DNA of 64,000 bases from Anaerohalosphaeraceae bacterium. Lineage in GTDB: Bacteria > Planctomycetota > Phycisphaerae > Sedimentisphaerales > Anaerohalosphaeraceae. Shown in pieces: positions 62,701-64,000 of the stretch. Each line of letters opens with the position of its first letter. The stretch's first letter is position 1. The notes under the pieces were generated by a model that was not told the DNA's origin, ran no database searches, and was given only the letters and a program-made list of their open reading frames with translations. Both the position numbers and the translations under genes were made by a program. The stretch spans positions 1 through 64,000 of the forward strand of contig CAXXSL010000016.1 of assembly GCA_963675525.2 (NCBI GenBank), given 5' to 3'.

Positions 62701-64000
62701 GTCATTTCAGGAATCATGCTCAGGTCAGAACTGGATAAAGTTGTGTTATGAACCTCTATCGCGAAAACATTTTCGCCCGGCACCAGAACGGTCTTAAAGG
62801 CCGTAATATCAATGTCCTCCGGTGTGCCGGCATCATGTGAGGTCGCCGGGGTATTTTGATTCTGACCGACTGCAACTCCGCGTCTGGCTACTTCTGTGCC
62901 GTTGATGAAGGCAACAAACCCGTCGTCATAGTCAACCGTAAATGTCATATTAGATACGTCCTCGGGGACATCGACCGATATATTCTTACGCATATACACG
63001 GTCCAATAGTTGTTTTGCATATCGGTGAGAACCGTCGCGTCATCCCCGTCGCCATATCCGATACCCGTCGGCCCGGTTAGCCAGCCGGAGTCATTAAATC
63101 CTATCGTATTCCAAGTTGACCCCGGAAAGGTGGTGCCTTTGAAATATTTCCATATATCACCCTCGGCAAAGAGAGTGTTGAGGCTATTGGCGGTAAAGCT
63201 CTGAGTAGACGCTGACCACGCACTGCCGCCGCTGTTGACGGCATAACAGGTGTAGTAGTAGGTCGTTCCCTGAATCAGACCGGTAACGTTGGCAGAAAAA
63301 TCTCCCAGGCCTTGCGTTCCTAAATTGATCACATGCTCCCAGTTGGTGGAAACTGTTCCTCCATCGGTATCTCCCCAGTAGATATAGACGTCTGGATTCG
63401 TGCCGCCGCCGGTGCTTGTGATTTGACCATTCAGTGTGGCGGCCTCGGACGTTATATTCGTTGCGGCCGTGGCAATGACCCCCAGTCCGGCCGGAGTAAA
63501 GGTAAGTGAAATGTTGTTATATCCTCCCTGACTGACCGGACCGATCGACCACGATGAAGGACCTTTTGTGATATTAAACAAAGTTTTATTCCTTGGGCTC
63601 CCGCTGTCAGAGTTGGTACACAAAAAATGGATCTGATAGTCTCCGTCCGGAACAACCGAACCATCTTTCTTGCGCCAATTCCAGTTGAGGTTGTATGTTT
63701 TGTAGACGGTCTGTGTTGCTCCGGTTCTGGCTGCGATATCGGCGGTACGGTTTGTCGTGGGATTGCTGTTATACCACTCTGTAAGCGCATAGGCCCTTGA
63801 ATTAGCCCACACGGCCCGCTTGGTGTCGGTTGTCGTAGAACCTGAAGTGTAAACAAAGTTGCCGCTGGTGTCTTTGATCCAGACAACGTGGACATGGCTA
63901 TTCCCGTAGGAACCGCCGGCGTTTGTTGTGGTAAAAACCATATTCAGATTGGCATCGGCAGCTTGAGCCATTTCGGCAAAGACGCCGAAAACAGTCCCAA
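59787..64000 (-). CDS. Large secreted modular protein (DUF2271-like, FN3-like, jelly-roll, Ig-like, LVIVD repeats, LamG, dockerin-like); 5' end at or beyond the window edge
   Basis: 'HWKLDE...LAFDG.DDYV...WHHVA...G.IDDVRIY' LamG; many 'AYVADG..GL.ILDVSNP' repeats; tail 'GDIINNSQVDLDDLVVLADQWL'. Confidence 0.85.
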   Translation of the reverse strand, partial: GTVFGVFAEMAQAADANLNMVFTTTNAGGSYGNSHVHVVWIKDTSGNFVYTSGSTTTDTKRAVWANSRAYALTEWYNSNPTTNRTADIAARTGATQTVYKTYNLNWNWRKKDGSVVPDGDYQIHFLCTNSDSGSPRNKTLFNITKGPSSWSIGPVSQGGYNNISLTFTPAGLGVIATAATNITSEAATLNGQITSTGGGTNPDVYIYWGDTDGGTVSTNWEHVINLGTQGLGDFSANVTGLIQGTTYYYTCYAVNSGGSAWSASTQSFTANSLNTLFAEGDIWKYFKGTTFPGSTWNTIGFNDSGWLTGPTGIGYGDGDDATVLTDMQNNYWTVYMRKNISVDVPEDVSNMTFTVDYDDGFVAFINGTEVARRGVAVGQNQNTPATSHDAGTPEDIDITAFKTVLVPGENVFAIEVHNTTLSSSDLSMIPEMTISGGISEPAGRISISPAMLDFENVTIGSNSDLVFDITNTGNDVLEVTSIQAVGLETDVYSVTSASVPPFTVQPAGIESITVRFSPRSVQEYKYAQLAIGSNDSEKVAYLALQGTGGPNTTLGTRPVGGIGGPAKALAKYDDKILLGRGAMLVLLDVSNPASPSNINQIRLEGVIEAITVQGDVAYAALGNKGFTVVNLNDFKPLLGATTIETGGFASDIDSDGSTLCIADGIAGTHIYNISTPLEPVLAVTYETTGIVNSVKTSGGLLYILDESEGIRIFELGSTPVLEEAVAHWKLDEMAGSIASDSSLNGHNGTLMHMDDSDWVSGNMGNALAFDGTDDYVQVSGYKGIIGTASRTCMAWIKTASVSGEILTWGEEYNGGRWVIRVNEGGQLRAEVQGGNIIGTTVINNDTWHHVAVVIIDDGSPDIAEAQLYVDGQLETVSSFADEPINSGSAEDVKIGAYLAAGGPRYFQGLIDDVRIYTEALTSDKIGALLSQMDYDGIEFGTRILDSGQTIYTLDSFGNLSILDASGSITLDSETILQVGSARDIEVQNGYAYVIGQTGLEVLDVSASASPASSGLYSTLADPADIVVDGTVAYVADGSAGLEILDVSNPAAVSSLGSYSLISAAGGVASDSLGEVYVVGNQQNLADYNLSAPAAPAVNDTFESLFHAEDIEIEGQYAFVAAGLSGLNVFDLSNSAGSPAAFATSRFATAVSVNGSTAMVCDSNDVYVLDVSSPMSPSLIGSLGVGADGWASDVAVGSTHGYVAEGGMGISILDLSTAQYVGSYPVAGLAYGVAIDGEVLYVACGTAGLTILDVSNPASPSLIEEYDMPGMIVDVAIVGDRLCVADATYGVSVLDVSTPAARVLYAKAATSSPAFHISSVGSRILVADKKGGLAVLGVTNWPKIAIGDIINNSQVDLDDLVVLADQWLSVESNLDVLEANLNYYDTTVNLGDFSVLSEFWLSQY

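Overview
Bacterial chromosome segment, most likely a Planctomycetota (Phycisphaerae-like) anaerobe. This is inferred from tandem ECF sigma/anti-sigma pairs, an H-X9-DG domain, dockerin-like C-termini, a Zn-ribbon SpoVG and a Re-citrate synthase. 1-7.3 kb: a frameshifted MFS gene and three tandem ECF sigma + membrane anti-sigma/sensor pairs; each sensor gene has a conserved internal RBS+ATG just before its signal/TM segment. 7.3-45.8 kb: mostly housekeeping (maf, amrA, ispE, spoVG, thrC, Re-citrate synthase, ribH-nusB, ParA-like, acpS, mnmG, MscS, lpxB, tig), three tRNAs (Leu-TAA, Gly-GCC, Ser-TGA), a binding protein + hybrid kinase pair, a large secreted M6 protease and an unidentified ~220-nt multi-hairpin RNA candidate near 30 kb. 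About 45.8-59.4 kb: probable genomic island beside tRNA-Ser, with an atypical tyrosine recombinase and a furan/cyclopropane-fatty-acid-type oxidative-stress cluster (FAD oxidoreductase, DUF1365-methyltransferase fusion, DUF1295, DUF2177, DUF2878, CIA30-fasciclin, YbjT-like). The window ends inside a large secreted LamG/LVIVD protein. Several frameshifts (1-1.9 kb, lpxB, M6 protease tail) look like consensus indel errors. No rRNA, CRISPR array or IS transposase was seen. All family assignments come from motif recognition by eye; no searches were run.
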